DNA of 64,000 nucleotides from Mustelus asterias (lineage: Eukaryota). This document shows positions 63,779-64,000 of the stretch, piece by piece; the first letter of the stretch is position 1, and each line of letters opens with the position of its first letter. The stretch covers positions 7,254,001 through 7,318,000 of the forward strand of contig NC_135808.1 of the NCBI RefSeq assembly GCF_964213995.1, given 5' to 3'. The notes beneath the pieces were generated by a model, which was given only the letters and a program-made list of their open reading frames with translations, was not told where the DNA came from and searched no databases. A program made the translations under genes and the position numbers.

Positions 63779-63913
63779 GTCGAGAATCTGATAATACAAT
63801 ATCATGAAAAACATATGGGTATAAAGTTAAGTTTGCGTGCTCTTTTCATCATCCTAACTGTGATGGAAATCCTAGGAATGGCAGCTTCTTGTCTAAATAT
63901 GTACATATTATGA
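63779..63913 (+). pseudogene. Disrupted paralogous TM exon (GRESDNTIS* / MGIKLSLRALFIILTVMEILGMAASC)
   Basis: Phase-1 reading starts GRESDNT (gene C has GREEHDNT) and hits TGA. A second frame gives MGIKL (B and C have MGVKL, MGVRL) plus a hydrophobic run. A SINE sits about 18 nt before the acceptor. Confidence 0.55.
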
Positions 63914-64000
63914 TTAGGAAACGAACCATTGGGCCGATCCAGCTCGTGTTTGATTGTGCCCCTCCTGGCGTGTTTCCATTTCCTCCCTGGGTTTGTGCAG

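Overview
Vertebrate genomic DNA, most likely from a cartilaginous fish (shark). It is dense in HE1-type tRNA-derived SINEs, CR1/HER1-type LINEs, Rex1/Babar LINEs and Penelope-like elements, and has two assembly gaps. Between the repeats lies a + strand cluster of immunoglobulin-superfamily receptor genes, rebuilt here from splice sites and phases. Gene A: only the 3' part is in the window; it is an inhibitory receptor (TM exon 1-90, micro-exon 4800-4831, last exon 8286-8570 with two ITIMs and an ITSM). Genes B (29405-31541) and C (43892-51998): two complete NKp30/NCR3-like genes, each a leader plus one germline-joined VJ-type exon plus a TM/tail exon with a basic residue in the membrane span and no signalling tyrosine motif. 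Several orphan or decayed leader, V and TM exons are also present. The layout looks like a paired activating/inhibitory VJ-domain receptor cluster under birth-and-death evolution. Other elements: a full-length 5S rRNA pseudogene fused to a SINE, a 28S rRNA sarcin-ricin-loop fragment, a hAT MITE with perfect TIR and 8-bp TSD, Penelope ends with hammerhead-like cores, and a 244-bp local inverted duplication. All calls were made by eye; no searches were run and repeat boundaries are approximate.
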